From NCBI RefSeq assembly GCF_009914755.1, contig NC_060926.1: 64,000 nt of DNA, one strand, 5' to 3'. The translations under genes and the position numbers were made by a program. Numbering within the stretch: position 1 is the first letter of the stretch; every line of letters starts with the position of its first letter. A model generated the notes under the pieces. The model was not told the origin of the DNA, ran no database searches, and saw nothing but the letters and a program-made list of their open reading frames with translations. Shown piece by piece: positions 1 to 13,095 of the stretch. The DNA comes from the human T2T-CHM13v2.0 reference genome, Homo sapiens.

Positions 1-270
1 CGAAAAATACAAAAAAAAAGGCACTAAATAGACCGCACACACAAAAGACACTTGTTTATAGTTTGAAAGCTGAAATAAGAAGGGGAGGGTGTCTTGTTCA
101 ACCTCAGCTGGGAACAGGCGCATTGAATGGGGTACATTTTTTTTCAACTCTCTTCTAGTCCATGAATGAACACAACATCACTGTAAGGGTGGATTTGGGG
201 GGTTACAAGTAAATTTGTGCAAGTAGACAAATTTGCAAATATGCAATCTGTCAATAATGAAGATGGTCTG
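1..270 (+). mobile_element. MER82-like TcMar-Tigger DNA transposon, 3' part (runs off the window start)
   Basis: ggcactaaatagaccgc...gacacttgttta...cctcagctgggaac and the terminal ...gcaaatatgcaatctgtcaataatgaagatggtctg resemble the recalled MER82 right end. Confidence 0.7.
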
Positions 271-1199
271 CATATGGAAAACCTGCTCTGTGAAGTCACT
301 GAGTCAAGCCTGGGGAAGAGGCTGCTCAGGGACCAGCCCTGCCCTTGAAGGTGTATCTGTCAGAGGCAGCAAAAGGAATGACAGCACAGGCTCCTAAGGG
401 GTTACATTCTGGAAGGAAAAAATGTTTGGGGAACACAGAGGTGGCTTCCAGTAAGAATTTTCATTCTAGTTGTGGTTCAGGGTCACTGTTTCAGTCTTTA
501 CTTACAGTCTCTACTGAGGGATGATTGAGTTTTGGATCCAAAGGTATCCTGGGCATAGGCTGAAAAAAGCCCAACTCTAAAGTTGGTGGTGGTGGTGTTT
601 GGATTCAACCAGATGCTTATTTCTGGTTGAATAAGCAGTTGGTGGAGCTCTGAAAGCAGGTGGAGCTCAAATCGCCACCGCTCTGACGGCCTGCTGTATA
701 CCAAGCATGCTAGGTGTTGTGGATGTGCAGTATTGGGACCAAGGCAACTCCTTCTCCAGGGAGTCTCCCCTGGGGGTGACAGGGGAGGCACAGGCATACC
801 CCGCATTGCTATCATAACTGGATGAGAGAGAGAGGTCTGGGGCTCCGGAAGGAGAGAGGTTGTTTCTAGATGGGGATATCTGGGAAGGTTTCAGGCCACA
901 GGTCGTGTTTGATCTGGGCCTTTAATATAAGAAATGTTTTCATACATTGCAGTGAGTGAAGGAATGTTTCAATCACAGGAGACATAGGTTACATAGTTCA
1001 TTGTTTCTCATCCTTTCAAAAAGCATGACCCTATAATTCTAACTGACTCTTTTTTCTTTTTAATTATGAAAAACTGTCGAGCTTAGTTTTCTATATTTTG
1101 TTTTATGAAAACAGTAATTGCACTGTTAGCTTCATGTTTCCTCTCCCCAGCACCTCTTCTCCCCATGACAATGATACTGTCTCATCCCCATCTCCAAGA

Positions 1200-1410
1200 C
1201 CAGTCACAGGAGACAGTGTGCTCCTAGATGGCAGGGGAGGATGTCAGCTTCAGCTCTGTGCTCCCTGAACGTAGCACAGGACCTGGCCCACAGCAAATGC
1301 TTAGGAAGTGTTTGCTGGTAGAAAAGATAAATGGGAAGAAGGAAGGAAGGAGAGGAGGAGGGAAGGAAGACAAGAAGGGAATAAAGAAGAATTAAAAAGA
1401 AAAGAAAAAA
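1200..1410 (+). repeat. L2 3'-end fragment followed by a purine-rich (GA) low-complexity tract
   Basis: gtagcacaggacctggccccacagcaaatgct is L2-tail-like; 1331-1410 is almost only A/G. Confidence 0.5.
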
Positions 1411-1439
1411 TGATAGGCAACCACGTGGCCTCTAAATGC

Positions 1440-1625
1440 ACTACTTGAATCAAAATCACCTTGAATCTTTGTCTAATCAGTAAGTGCAGAGTATCTGCTA
1501 TGCCTGATGGAGATTCTGCTGCAAAGCTGTCAGGGATGGGTCAGGAAGTCTGTATTTTAAATAGCACAGATCCTCCAGAATCCACAGGGGATTCTGATGG
1601 ACAGCCAGGTTTGGGGACCACTTAT
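1440..1625. mobile_element. MER5-type hAT-Charlie fragment
   Basis: aaaatcacc...ctgtattttaa...gggattctgatggacagccaggtttggggaccact pattern. Confidence 0.55.
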
Positions 1626-2329
1626 GCAGATACAGGATGTGAGATCATTAATAGTATCATTGCATCAGTGTTACAAGTTGTCAAGAATGGGCTTCCCCCA
1701 CCTGCCTTCATATACCTGCCAGTATCACAGGTGTTGCAGGAAGAATGAGCGCTGCTATAGATGCAAAAGTGTGCCTGCAGCTCTGTGGGCCCCTTTCTGC
1801 TCTCTGCAGCTGATCACCTCTGGGGACAGGGGAATTGGATGACCTTAGAGAAAGCTCCCTTGTACTCTTGTGCTTTGAACATTTTTTTCCCATGTATGTC
1901 CTCAAGTTGCCTACGCATCTTGTAAAGTGCAGGTCTTTGGGGTCCATTCTAAAGCTGAAATTTCCAAAATGGAGCCTTCCCTATGATAAGGTATGAGAGG
2001 TTATTGACACAGGCGCTCACTATTTGATACGCAGGTGTTTAATATTTGATCGAAGGCAATACTTCCCAATGCCTGGATGTTTGATCTCCAGTGCAGCCTG
2101 CTCTCATGATCCATTAGGGTGCAAACAAACATTAGAACTTGTAATTATATTTTTTATCTCATCCACTATGTAAAAAAAAAAAATGAAATGGGTGTGGCAT
2201 CAGCAATGGCACAAGCATCCCCTTGCTCTGAGCCCCTCCCATTTCTCACCTGGATAAAGGCAGTAGCTCCTGACTGGGCTCTGCTTCTGCCCTTGCCCCC
2301 TGCCCCACAGTATTCATCTTCTCTCACAG

Positions 2330-2760
2330 GCACAAAGGATACATTTAAAACATCAGTAGGGTTAAGCCACACCTTTCTCAAAGTCTTCTGATGACTTTAT
2401 TTCACCCAGTTAAAGTCAAAGTCCTTAAGGCCCAATGCGATCTGTCCCTCTGTGTCCTCTCTGACTTCCTCTCTTCCCTCAGGGGTGGCTTACTCCACTG
2501 CAGCCACAGAGGTCTCCTCTGCTCCACAAACATGGCAGGCACACCCTGCTCAGAGCCTTTGCGCTGGCTGTGTCCTGTAACCGGGGGCCTGAACTGTAAA
2601 CACCCACGTGCCTGACTCTGTCACCTCCTCAGGTCATATTTAAACATTATCTTCTCAACCTGCCCCAGTTACCCTCAACCCCCCTTACATAATGCATGGC
2701 ACATGCCAGGAACTCAATCAATTCACTACATAATATTTATTGAAGAATTGATTGAATTAA
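2330..2760 (+). mobile_element. L2 LINE 3' fragment
   Basis: aaagtcaaagtccttaagg...ctcagagcctttgcgctggctgt...tggcacatgccaggaactcaat...tttattgaa. Confidence 0.6.
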
Positions 2761-3329
2761 TAGCTATATTTTACATTCAGTGAATAATATACTGAAGTTA
2801 TAATGCATGCAACTTAGCGATAAATCACACATATTTAGTTAGATGGTCAGTTTCTTTTCTTCTTTTTTTTTTTCCTCTTGGAGAGAGTCATTGAGTCATT
2901 TAATGAACATTGGCTCAGGTGTCTGGGAAATGATTCTCTGATAATCTTCGACGTGTTTCTAACTGTGTCCAGGAGATGGTGCTCATTCCCAACAAGACAC
3001 GCCGTAGCAGGCACAGGGCTGAGCCTCTCAGTCTTGGTGCTTTTTCGTCTTGCTACTTTTGTCATATGAGGAATGATAGATGGCTCTGGTACCATTGTGT
3101 GACTTAGCCATGCTGGTAATTGAATAATTGTACCCCCAAAATTCCTACCTCTGGAGAAGGACTTGAGATCATTGTTTTGCGGATGTCAGCTGCCCGTGCC
3201 AGGACTGAGTGTATATTGGGGGGGACTCCCTGTGCCCCAGTGGCTCTGCAGCCCCTTTTGTTAGAGTGCTCTTCCCAGTGTAATGCCACAGACCTTCTCA
3301 GGGATCCTTGTGCAAGCAAGACCTATTGC

Positions 3330-3495
3330 CCTTGTAATGGCTGTTGCTTGCTAAGTACTGGTTACCAGCCAGGCACTGGGAGAAGCCCTTTATGTGCAGA
3401 GTCTGATCCTCTCAACCTCCTGGAAGAAAGAGATTTAGAGCTTCATTTTACAGAGAAGGTAACTAAGGCCTCAAAAGATTAATAGCAAATGACAT
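3330..3495 (-). mobile_element. MIR SINE fragment
   Basis: ccaggcactg...cattttacagagaaggtaactaaggcctcaaaagattaa resembles the MIR core. Confidence 0.55.
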
Positions 3496-3804
3496 GGAGG
3501 GGTTTCTTTCCCAGTAAAGCAAACACAGAAAGTCCCTGTGCTGCTCTTTCCCCTGTGCACAGAAGTCCAAGAAACTAAGAACTCAGAGGAAGGCAAGTTC
3601 AGGTTCCATATCCTCCAGGAGTTCTGTATCTGGTGAGAGGGAGAGAGACAGCCACACAGAGAAAGTCTATTTTCAGGCAGCTTGGAATATGTGTTGAGAC
3701 AAAAATATGGATAACTTGCCAAGGGGGAACTTCATTCAGTACCTACAAGTTTCCATGGAATTTTTTGTTGTCTTATTTTTGCTTTTGCTATTAGAAAAAA
3801 ACAC

Positions 3805-4185
3805 TGGTTCCCAACTCCTCACGTGAAATTTTCCAGATTAGTGATTTTTACTTGGGATCAAGCTGAATGCAGAGTCTGCTTCAGTGGGTTGGGAATGGAA
3901 CCTGGGACTCTGAATTTCTAATCACCTGTCATGTGATGCGGATGCTGTGGGTTCAGGGACCCCAATTTGAATAGGAAGAGGTGAGAGAAGTGAATGGCCC
4001 AAGGTCTGGCTCATGACTCATGAGCTAAGAATGTTTTTTTGTGTGTGTGTGTGGTTGTTTTCAAACTATTTTTAAAGGGCTGTGGGGGAAAAGAAGAAAG
4101 ACTATGCAACACATGATATGTGGCCCACAAAACTTAAAATATTTACTATCTGATCCTTTACAGAAAAAGTTTGCAGACCCCTGGG
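3805..4185. mobile_element. MER5A fragment (about 3805-3975) plus MER58 fragment (about 4020-4185), hAT-Charlie
   Basis: ctgaatttcta...gtgatgcggatgctg is MER5A-like; tatgtggcccacaaaacttaaaatatttactatctgatcctttacagaaaaagtttgcagacccctg is the MER58 end. Confidence 0.65.
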
Positions 4186-5349
4186 CTAAAGTAAAACTGT
4201 TGACCTCTTAATAAATTCCTTTGGAAGAGCAAGTTCTTTTTAATGGTGAGTTTGGAAGAAAGCAAGGCATGCTCAACTCCACCCTTTCTCTGGGATTTCC
4301 TGCCTGCAGGGAGCACAGATTCTGGGAGCCTCTTGGTAAGAGTCTCTGTGGAGCCAGGAAGGGGCCTGCGGTCTCCAGTGTTACACTGATGGCATCAGTC
4401 TGTCTAGTGATGTATTCAGGAGCCCACATTTCCGTAGACTTAGGTCAAACTCTTCAAACCACCTTATCAATAAAAAGGTTTCTATCTGCTTGATTCTTAT
4501 TTCTGTATCTTAGTGATTCAGAGATTGAGTTGGAAGGGGAGGAGGAGTGCTCCTTTAGAGCCTCCCAAGCCCCAGTCTTTCCTATTGCCTTCAGGCATTT
4601 GTTCTTTGTGTCTGTGTCCTTGTTGGACCCTAGGGCAAGGCTTGCATTCTGGGTCTGACTGACAGATACGTCTTCATGCGTGGCTGCAGACCCACCATCG
4701 CATGCTACCAAATAACTCCTGTGTCAGACCATGCCAGTGGCTGACTGTCATATCAGAGGGCTCATTGCCAGTCAGAGTTAGATCTCTGAGCTAGGAAGCT
4801 GATGTGCATCCTGGGCGCAGGCAGGCCTTCCCCAGTCTGCAGTCTTCCACATGCTATCTCTGTATGCTCCTCTGGGGAGCAGCCGTCAGCTGCTTTGCAA
4901 CAGCGGGGCCAGAATCAAGGGAAAGTGGGCCTGATTTCACAAAAGCTGCAGCCATATATTTTTTACTCTTCGAGGTGTAACTATGGTAATGAGATCAGAA
5001 GAAAAACCCTCAAATGCACATGGCAGTTTGGGGTACTGGAGAAGGGTTTAATTTTAGAACCTGAGCCTTGCTTCATGGAACAAAGAGCAGTGGAACGGGG
5101 CTTGCCACAGAGCTGCCACAGGTGCCTCTCCTTCCAGGACTGCACAGCCTGTCTGATAGCAGGCAATTTTTGTGTTCATCAGTTGTGGAATTTGTTTGGC
5201 TTGTGACATTCGTCTACTGCTGCAGCTATTGTGACAAGGGTGCGCCATTAGAAAGTCATTCTGTTGCGGCAATTTTCAGGAGTCTCAACCGAGCAACAAA
5301 ATAACCGAACTCAAGAAAATGCAGCTGTTCTAATCATTCCATATTTAAA

Positions 5350-5552
5350 CGAGGCAATTTATTTGCTTTCATAATTCTTACCACAAACTCTATATAGGGG
5401 AGATACCAGGATTATCCCCATTTGACAGATGACGAAATTGAAGTGCATAGGTTGTGCAAGATGCCCTATGCCCTGAGGTCCCAGGATGAGGAAATGATGT
5501 TGTCGGTATTTGATCCAAGCAATCTGGCTGAGAGCCCGTACTCTTAACCATT
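5350..5552 (-). mobile_element. MIR SINE
   Basis: attatccccatttgacagatgacgaaattgaag...tttgatccaagcaatctggctgagagccc...cttaacca. Confidence 0.7.
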
Positions 5553-5894
5553 GCATGGCCATCACAATCCAGCATCAGTTATGCAAGCTGCGGGCAGGGC
5601 CACCTGGGGAAAAGAGGATCCTTGGCAGGGATGTAGGAAGCTGCAACTTAAGAATTTTCAGTCACTGCCATTGTCCGTGCATCTGGAAGGGCTAATCTCT
5701 GCTCTCATAAAAGGCAAGGCTCTTGGTTATAATTTCCAAGTATGAATATATGTCCTCCCAAGGTTTCAGGGCTGGAGGAGAGGGAGCAAGAAGGGATCTT
5801 TAAACCCTGCCAGGGGTAGGGAGTGAGTGTAAAATCAGTGTCAAGTCTATAAAAACAAGTTTCCAGGATGTATAAACAGCTTCTAAATGTGCAT

Positions 5895-6620
5895 ACATGT
5901 TAATCCACTAATTCAATTTCTAAGATTCATCCAAAGGGAATACTAAAAGCATAAGAAATTTTTTCTTTTTTCTCTTGAACAGTATACACATCACAGCTTT
6001 ATTTATAGCAGAAAATTTTCAAAAGAGCCTATGTAGTCAACTTTTGGGGATTGATCAAGTAAATAAGTAAATCTATTAAGTAGAATAAAAATAGCTAAAA
6101 ATATTATTTTTGAGAAACTTTTAGTAACATAAAGAAATATTTGTGATATAATTCTGTGTGAAAAAATCAGGGAGCAAAATTAGGCCACATGCAGTGGCTC
6201 ACTCCTGTAATCCCAGCAAGCACTTTGAGGATTGTGCCTTGAGCCCAGGAGTTTGAGATCAGTCAGGGCAACATAGCAAGACTCCATCTCTACAAAAAGT
6301 AAAAACTTAGACAGCCATGGTGGTGCACACCTGTGGTCCCAGCTACTTGGGAAACTGAGGCAGGAGGATTGCTTGAGCCCAGGAGTTTAAGATTACAGTG
6401 AGCATGATCGCACCATCACACTCCAGCCTGGGTGACAGAGTGAGACTCTGTCTCTAAAACAATAACATCAACTACAAAAATTATATGCAGCATGAACTCA
6501 CAAATTTGTGGAAAGATCTCTTTATATATGTGATTGAGAAAATGATCAGAATATTTCAGAAAGATAGAATTTGGAGACATTTTAATTTTCTTCTTTATAT
6601 TTTCCTAACTTTCATAATAA
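5895..6620 (+). mobile_element. Old L1M(E) 3' fragment split by an AluJ
   Basis: aattcaatttctaagattcatccaaaggga...tcacagctttatttatagcag are L1 3'-region motifs on both sides of the Alu. Confidence 0.5.
6183..6460 (+). mobile_element. AluJ with a small left-arm deletion
   Basis: ggccacatgcagtggctcactcctgtaatcccagca...gaggattgcttgagcccaggagtt...gagtgagactctgtctc; approximate TSD caaaa(a)tta. Confidence 0.9.
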
Positions 6621-7092
6621 TTGAAAACTCTTGCAATTAACAACAATTTTGTTGATGACAGAAATAATGATAAAATAAATATTACTTATTTTTATTAAGT
6701 GCTTACAGTACGTTTGGTGATATAAGAAAGACACCTATATTTAAAGTACTTTCCTTACAAAGCCTAGCATTATATATGTATTACTGTATCTGTTTTACCA
6801 AAAATTAAATTAAAAGGTGAAGAAATTAATTGGCTTCCTCAAAATGTATTAAATAAACAAATTATTAAAGGTAGCTAAGTATAAGCATTTGTGACATGCT
6901 CAAGAAACGAATTGGCATCTATTTAGCTGCTGGACAGAGCTGAGGAAATCACAGGAGTTGGGGAATGAAAGGAGAGTGGGGCTGAATCATGGAAAGCCTC
7001 GAATGCCATACTAAGCGGGGGACTCTATCCCACTGGCAATGCGGAATCAGATGCACAAATTAAAAGGGAGAGAGAGAGATCATTGTAACACT

Positions 7093-7155
7093 GTGTGTGT
7101 GTGTGTGTGTGTTTGTAGGTGTGTGTGTGTGTGTTTGTATGTGTGTGTGTGTGTG
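7093..7155. repeat. Interrupted (TG)n microsatellite
   Basis: Directly visible TG dinucleotide runs. Confidence 0.95.
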
Positions 7156-7789
7156 ATAAAGTCTCAAGGAGTAGTGCTCAGCAGCACTTACTGACATTGC
7201 ATGTCAGTTGCGGCCTTCATTAGAGACTACATTTCCATACACTCCCTGCAATGTAATTGTTACAGAATTCTGCGGAGTGTTCACAGAGTTTCCCTGCATG
7301 AAAAAGGCAGAGGTAGTCAGCCCTCCAGGGTGTCTAGAAGCAGATGAACACAGTCAACACAGAGTATCTTCAAATCCATCATCTCTGTTTCTTTCGTTTA
7401 TAGCATCAAGTCATGTGCGATTTGCACTGCAGGGGCTCCATTGTCCTGCGTGACTAATTTCTTTGCCACCTCAGCCAATGTCTGGTTAATGCTACAAACC
7501 TAGCTGCACTTGGCATTTGCCTTCAGCCTGAGAGACGCCAGTTCTCCAGCCTGCACACTCCATGTATGTCACCTTATTTGCACCACATAGATCTCTCCCC
7601 ATATTACTGTGACCTCCACCTCACCCAGCCAGCACGTGCCATGAATCCCTGAGTCCCTGTCTGTTCAACCATCTTGATTGGAACATCCGTTGTGTAGTCA
7701 AGAATCCTGGCCATTTTTATCCAAACCGTGCATGAGGTGGCACAATGTTCCAATCATTTTCTTTCCGTCTGGGTGTATATCCAGAAATA

Positions 7790-8020
7790 TAAATATCTAA
7801 CACTTTCACAACACTTATTCTATGTCAGATGCAGGTCTCAGGACCTAACTTACATTAACACCAGTAACCCTCAGGATAACCTTCCAAGGTGGGAGCCATC
7901 CCCACTTTACCAAGAAAACAAAGAAGGGCTCAGGGACTTGCCCAAGGTCACGGAGAACTGCCAAGACTTGAATTCACAGTTTTGATTTCAAAGTCAGTGT
8001 TCTTAATCGTCGCACCATGC
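7790..8020 (-). mobile_element. MIR SINE
   Basis: cccactttaccaagaaaac...gacttgcccaaggtcac...ttgaattc...tcttaatc. Confidence 0.65.
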
Positions 8021-8339
8021 CGCCACTCACAGCCAGAAGAGAACATACTCTAAAAGCTTAGGAAATCTTACTCAATCACAGTTAACATAGTTTCTCTACT
8101 CATGATGTTCCAACCCTGAGCTTTTGATGTGCAATCATGGCTGGTTTTAGACAGATGTGTGATGATGATGCATTAGCTACTATATTTAGTGCTTCCCTCC
8201 CTCTGTCCCTTTTCTGTCTCTTCTGCTACTTAGAAGACTCCTTATTTTCTCTCTTCTTTCTTTGGTAAATCCTTCCTTTCCTGGTTATCTCACATGGACC
8301 CATGATTTCCCCACCCATCTCCCTTGCTGAAGATTCTTG

Positions 8340-8600
8340 ATCCAGTCTCCAACCTTCCCCACCATCCAGATGTAAATGTCCAACAACAGACTAGATAGCT
8401 CCTCTGTATGTGACACAAAGACATCAAACTCAGCACATCCCAAACCAGGCTTATTGCCTCACCCTCCTGCCTTGTCAATGGCTCCCCCTGTGTCCTATTC
8501 CCAGTGAGAAATCTCAGAGTCAGTTTTGACTCTTGCTGTTCCTTGACTCCAGTATCTCCTGAGTATCTCCTTTCTGTTGATTTTTATCTCTTCCTCCTTG
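8340..8600 (+). mobile_element. L2 fragment
   Basis: tccaacaacagactagatagctcc...catcaaactcagcacatcccaaacc. Confidence 0.55.
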
Positions 8601-9070
8601 GAATCAACACTTTCCTGGCTCATCTTGCTCTGGTATGTCCTTTTTTTTGGAAATGGTCTTCCTGGACCTGAGTTACAGTTAGAAACTCAGGGATCAACAA
8701 TTTACTTAAAACATTGTACTCCTCCTCCCTCCTCGATTTCCACCAACTGAATGCCTGGAAAACATCCCAGGTGCCAAGATAATGTAGCTGGAAAGTGAAA
8801 CAAGAAACTCAACAATTTCTAAAAGAAGAGGGCTCTAGAAACTTGCAGGGTATTAAACACGAGAGTGCAAGCTTGTAAAGCCATTGAATCTACAGGAAAG
8901 TTAAGAGCTTGGTCCCCGCTTTCAGGCAAGGAACTGGAAGGTAGCCTACTGATGTCACTCCTTCTCTCAGACCCATTCTTCATGGTCCAGATAAATGTCA
9001 CCTCCCTCACGAGCTTTTCCTGCTGGAACCTCTTGGCTGTCTAGACTACCTGGGAAATTTATTTACCCCT

Positions 9071-9431
9071 TGCTATGAACTGAATCTTTGTGTCTCCCCA
9101 CAAATTCACACGTTAACATTCTATCCTTGAAGTGGTGGTATTAGGAGGTGGAAGCTTTGAGAGGTGATTTGGTTGTAAGGGTAGAGCCCTTGTGAATGGG
9201 ATTAGTGTCCTTATAAATGAGGCCCAAGCGCCTCAACCCTTCCATCCTGTGAGGACGCAGTAAGAAGATGCCATCTATGAATCAGAAAGCAGGCCCATAG
9301 TAGACACAGAACCTACACATGTCTAGATCTTGGACTTCTCAGCCTCCAGAACTGTGAACGATACATTTCTGTTGTTCACAGCCTCTGAGTCTAAGGTAGT
9401 TTGTTTTAGAAGCCCCAGCTGACTAGGACAC
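9071..9431 (+). mobile_element. MLT1A-type MaLR solo LTR
   Basis: tgctatgaactgaatctttgtgtctcccc...agaagatgccatctatgaatcagaaagc...gactaggaca. Confidence 0.8.
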
Positions 9432-9606
9432 CCCCTTCACATGATACTCAATGATGCATGGCCCATATTTTCATGTGCTTGTCTCTCCCGTTAGGTTGGA
9501 AACTATAGACCGAAGTCTGCTTCTGTCCAGAATAAGCCTGGCCACAGAGGCACTTCCTAAAGTTGGCTGAGTAAATGAATAAATGAACACAGTCTGACAA
9601 AAGCAG

Positions 9607-10047
9607 TGTGCTAGATTGCATGAAAAAATGGCCATGGTAATTTCTCCCTAGTATCCATGCTCTTGGGTGACTTTCCCCACACTGACACTGAGTTTGGCTG
9701 TGTGGCTTGTCATGGCCTGTGGGATGATAGTGACTATGACACAGGCATCTCTGCAGGGCTGACTAATAGAGGATTCCCCTCTCCCTCTTCACTCAGAACT
9801 CTCAGACCACCATGGGAATGACCTGAGCCACACTGTTAGATGCTGAGTGGTGAAACAGAGGACTGAGAGGCCCCACCCTGCCAGCAGAGCCAGGTACCTG
9901 ACAATACCTGGTGTGAACATCAGCTGAACTGGCTCGGGCCTTGAGAACCAACAGCTGATGCACAAAACCATGAGATGAATAGAACATTCATCTTTTAAGC
10001 TTCTTAGTTTTGGAGCGGTATTTTATGCAGCAAAAGCTAACTGGACA
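9607..10047 (+). mobile_element. MLT1F/G/H-type MaLR LTR
   Basis: tagattgc...aatggcca...agttttggagcggtattttatgcagcaaaagctaactggaca. Confidence 0.65.
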
Positions 10048-10075
10048 GTCACAGATCACTAATTTTCAAAGAAAT

Positions 10076-10430
10076 TGATATGGTTTGGCTGTGTCCCCAC
10101 CCAATCTCATCTTGAATTCCCATGTGTTGTGGGAGAGACCAGTGGGAGGTAACTGAATCATGGGGGCAGGTCTTTCCCATGCTGTTCTTGTGATAGTAAA
10201 TAAGTCTCATGAGATCGGACGGTTTTAAAAAGGGGAGTTTCCCTGCACAAGTTCTCTTCCTTCTTTGCCTGCTGCCATCCATGTAAGATGTGACTTGCTC
10301 CCTCTTGCCTTCCGCCATGATTGTGGGGCCTCCCCAGCTGCATGGAACTGTAAGTCCATTAACCTCTTTCTTTGTAAATTGCCCAGTTTCAAGTATGTCT
10401 TTATCAGCAGCGTGAAAATGGACTAATACA
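10076..10430 (+). mobile_element. THE1B solo LTR with perfect 5-bp TSD GAAAT
   Basis: tgatatggtttggctgtgtccccaccc...gactaataca; GAAAT at 10071-10075 and 10431-10435. Confidence 0.92.
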
Positions 10431-11409
10431 GAAATGAAGTGCAGTCAAGCTGTGTATTCACTAAACAGCTTTTGCTGCTGGTAAAATGGAAGCAAATAAA
10501 CAACACACCCATATTCTAGTCAAACAGCCTTAAACTCAAGTCTAGGCTGTCACCTACTAGCTGTGTGATATTGAACAAGTTACATTGCCTGTTAGGTATG
10601 AAAACTGTCTTTCAGGTTCTCGAAACATGTAATGAAACTATACTTATAAATTAGCTAATAGAAACTACTGCATAGTACATGGTCAGCATATGTTTGGCTA
10701 TTTCTCGTGGCTGGTCTGTGATTGAGAATGAAGCTCTGACTCTCTTCCCATGGACAAAATTTTAACCCTTGTCCCCTCTCCTAAGTGCAGACAATTCTTT
10801 GCTATTTAAATATATGAACGAAACAGACTAAGACAGTTAGTACCAAATCACCCCAGGTTAAGTCCTGAATTGTTTCTGAGGAGTGAATTCCTTACACAAG
10901 CATATGAGTCAGCCTTGGAATTGCATAGGTGCTCCTGCTTAATTAACACTTCCTACCTCAAAACCAGCAAATAAACAAAACAGTGACCAGATTAGGAGGA
11001 CAATCAAATTTCTGTCAATGTAGGTTCTCTCCCTGCCACATTCTCTACATGTCCAAGCAAAATCTTAGATAAAAAGATTTGGGGCACCTATTCCCAAGTC
11101 TTCCTTTCTTGTAATTTTAAGGCACTCTGCGGCCCCAGAGTTAGAACATTTCTCAGGGCTGGAGGGGTGGATGCAACACTTCACCAACCATTTATGATGT
11201 ATTGGCTGATTAGCCATGGTCTCTGCCTTCATAATGCACTTACTCTACTAGTAGGAGACAATTCTATGAGTGCCACTCTATCAGGAAAGCTATGGTGAGG
11301 GTTACACATTGTAATGTTAAGTATGTCAGGTGTTTCAAGCTCTAGGCTAAGTATATAATGAGTTTTATTGACCCAGGGAATTTAAAAATGGTGCAAATGT
11401 CACTATCAC

Positions 11410-11850
11410 AGATAGACCTGCCCTTACCACCTCATCTAGAATAGGTCCCTCAGCTCACCTTCTCTGCCCCGTGTGCCCTTCGCCTCTTCCCCTGCTTTTC
11501 CTTCTCCTTACCACTTATGGCTCTCTGAAACCCTATTATTTACAAACCTGTCTACTTCTTTATTATTAGCCTCCCCAGGAATATAAATTCTAAGAGGGAA
11601 GGAACTCAGTATGTCTTGTCTGTTGCTGCCCAGAACGGCACGTGGCACACAGAGGGCTCTCATTTGTTGAATGATATGAGATGGACACCAAAGCAATGGG
11701 TGAGGAGTTGACTTGTGTCTCTTTCTCCAAATAGGACAAGAAGCTCTCGGGATTGGGACTGTGTCATATGTGTAACACAAGCTCCCAGCACTGTGCCAGG
11801 GACATCATGGGCCCTCAATCCATATTGGTTAATGAATGGGACAGGAAAAT
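11410..11850 (+). mobile_element. L2 3'-end fragments
   Basis: cccagaacggcacgtggcacacagagggctctcatttgttgaatga and cccagcactgtgccagggacatc...tggttaatgaatg. Confidence 0.55.
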
Positions 11851-12564
11851 CCACTGGTAAATAGTAATATGCATTGCAAAAATGTGATTTCTGATATTGG
11901 AGTTTTTCAGATCAGGGCAACTCAGCAATTAAGTTCCCTTGGATGGATATATTTTAAGGAGTCATTGCAAAGGTAACTAGATATAAGACTTGTATTTTTA
12001 TTTATTTATTTGCACTTTTCAAGTAATTTGGGTTAGTACAATGTAATTTTGCTAACTCAAGGTCTTCACCGAGAATGTAATTCTTAGCATTATCATCTTA
12101 CTCTGTATTTAACAATTGCCACATCTTTCCTCCCCAGGAGCCTCTAGGCCCTTGGAAGACAAGGATCTTTATGTCTATAATGACCAGCTCAGTGCTTTGT
12201 TTACAGTAGATGTTCAGTAAATGTTAAGTTGAATAAATGGATACGTGGCTGAGCATTTCTTATCACTCTCTACTGTGGCTGTTGTGCCCTCAAGGGCTGC
12301 CCAGCCTTCTTCTGGCTAGCTGACCCTACACATGCCAGCTTCAGGTGGCTGTCCCTTTGGAAATGCTGTGTCACCTTCTGGTAGTTTTCTTGCTTCTCCC
12401 ATGATCATTCCAGTCATGTCTTTTTTCTGTGCAGTTGACTTGCCTGGTAGGACTAATGATCAAAATATTGAACAGCTTTGCCTGTGACAGTATCTTTTCC
12501 TCTCTGACTATCTGCCTTTGATCTCATGTGAGCAGAGGAAAAGGAACACAAGTTTGTTAGCATT

Positions 12565-13095
12565 TGTGGCAGATTAAAGAAAGCTGAAAATTCTTTGATG
12601 CTTTTCACATTAAGAAATGGGTCTCTTTCCCTACCTATTAAATCTGGACATCATCAGTGATGGTTTTGACCATTAGAATACTGCAGGCCTGGCCATGTGA
12701 GTTTCCAGGCACAGGCTTAAGTGATGGTTTTTGCTCCCTGTAGCTCTCCTGAAGCCCTAAACCATCAGGTAAGAAGCCCACGTAACTGCTAGAGAGACAG
12801 AGGAGAGCTTTTGAGACTTCCTGTAGCATAGGAGGATCCCAGCTGAGCTCAGACCATCAGCCAGCCCACCATGGCCCCAGGCTAGAGAATGAAGCCATCT
12901 TGGACTCAGCAAAGAGGCCAGCCGCCAGCTGAATGCTGCCCAGGGAGTCCAGTTGGTGGTACAGGGGACAGAATTGGTCAATCGCATTCTGCCAGGATGC
13001 CAGACCTAAAAAATCATGCAATATAAGAAAGCAATTATTTTAGATCACTAAGTTTTGGGGTAGTTTGTTATGTAACAACAGAAAAGCAAAACAGC
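12565..13095 (+). mobile_element. MLT1H-like MaLR LTR
   Basis: tgtggcagattaaag...aaattctttg...ctaagttttggggtagtttgttatgtaacaacagaaaagcaaaaca. Confidence 0.7.
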
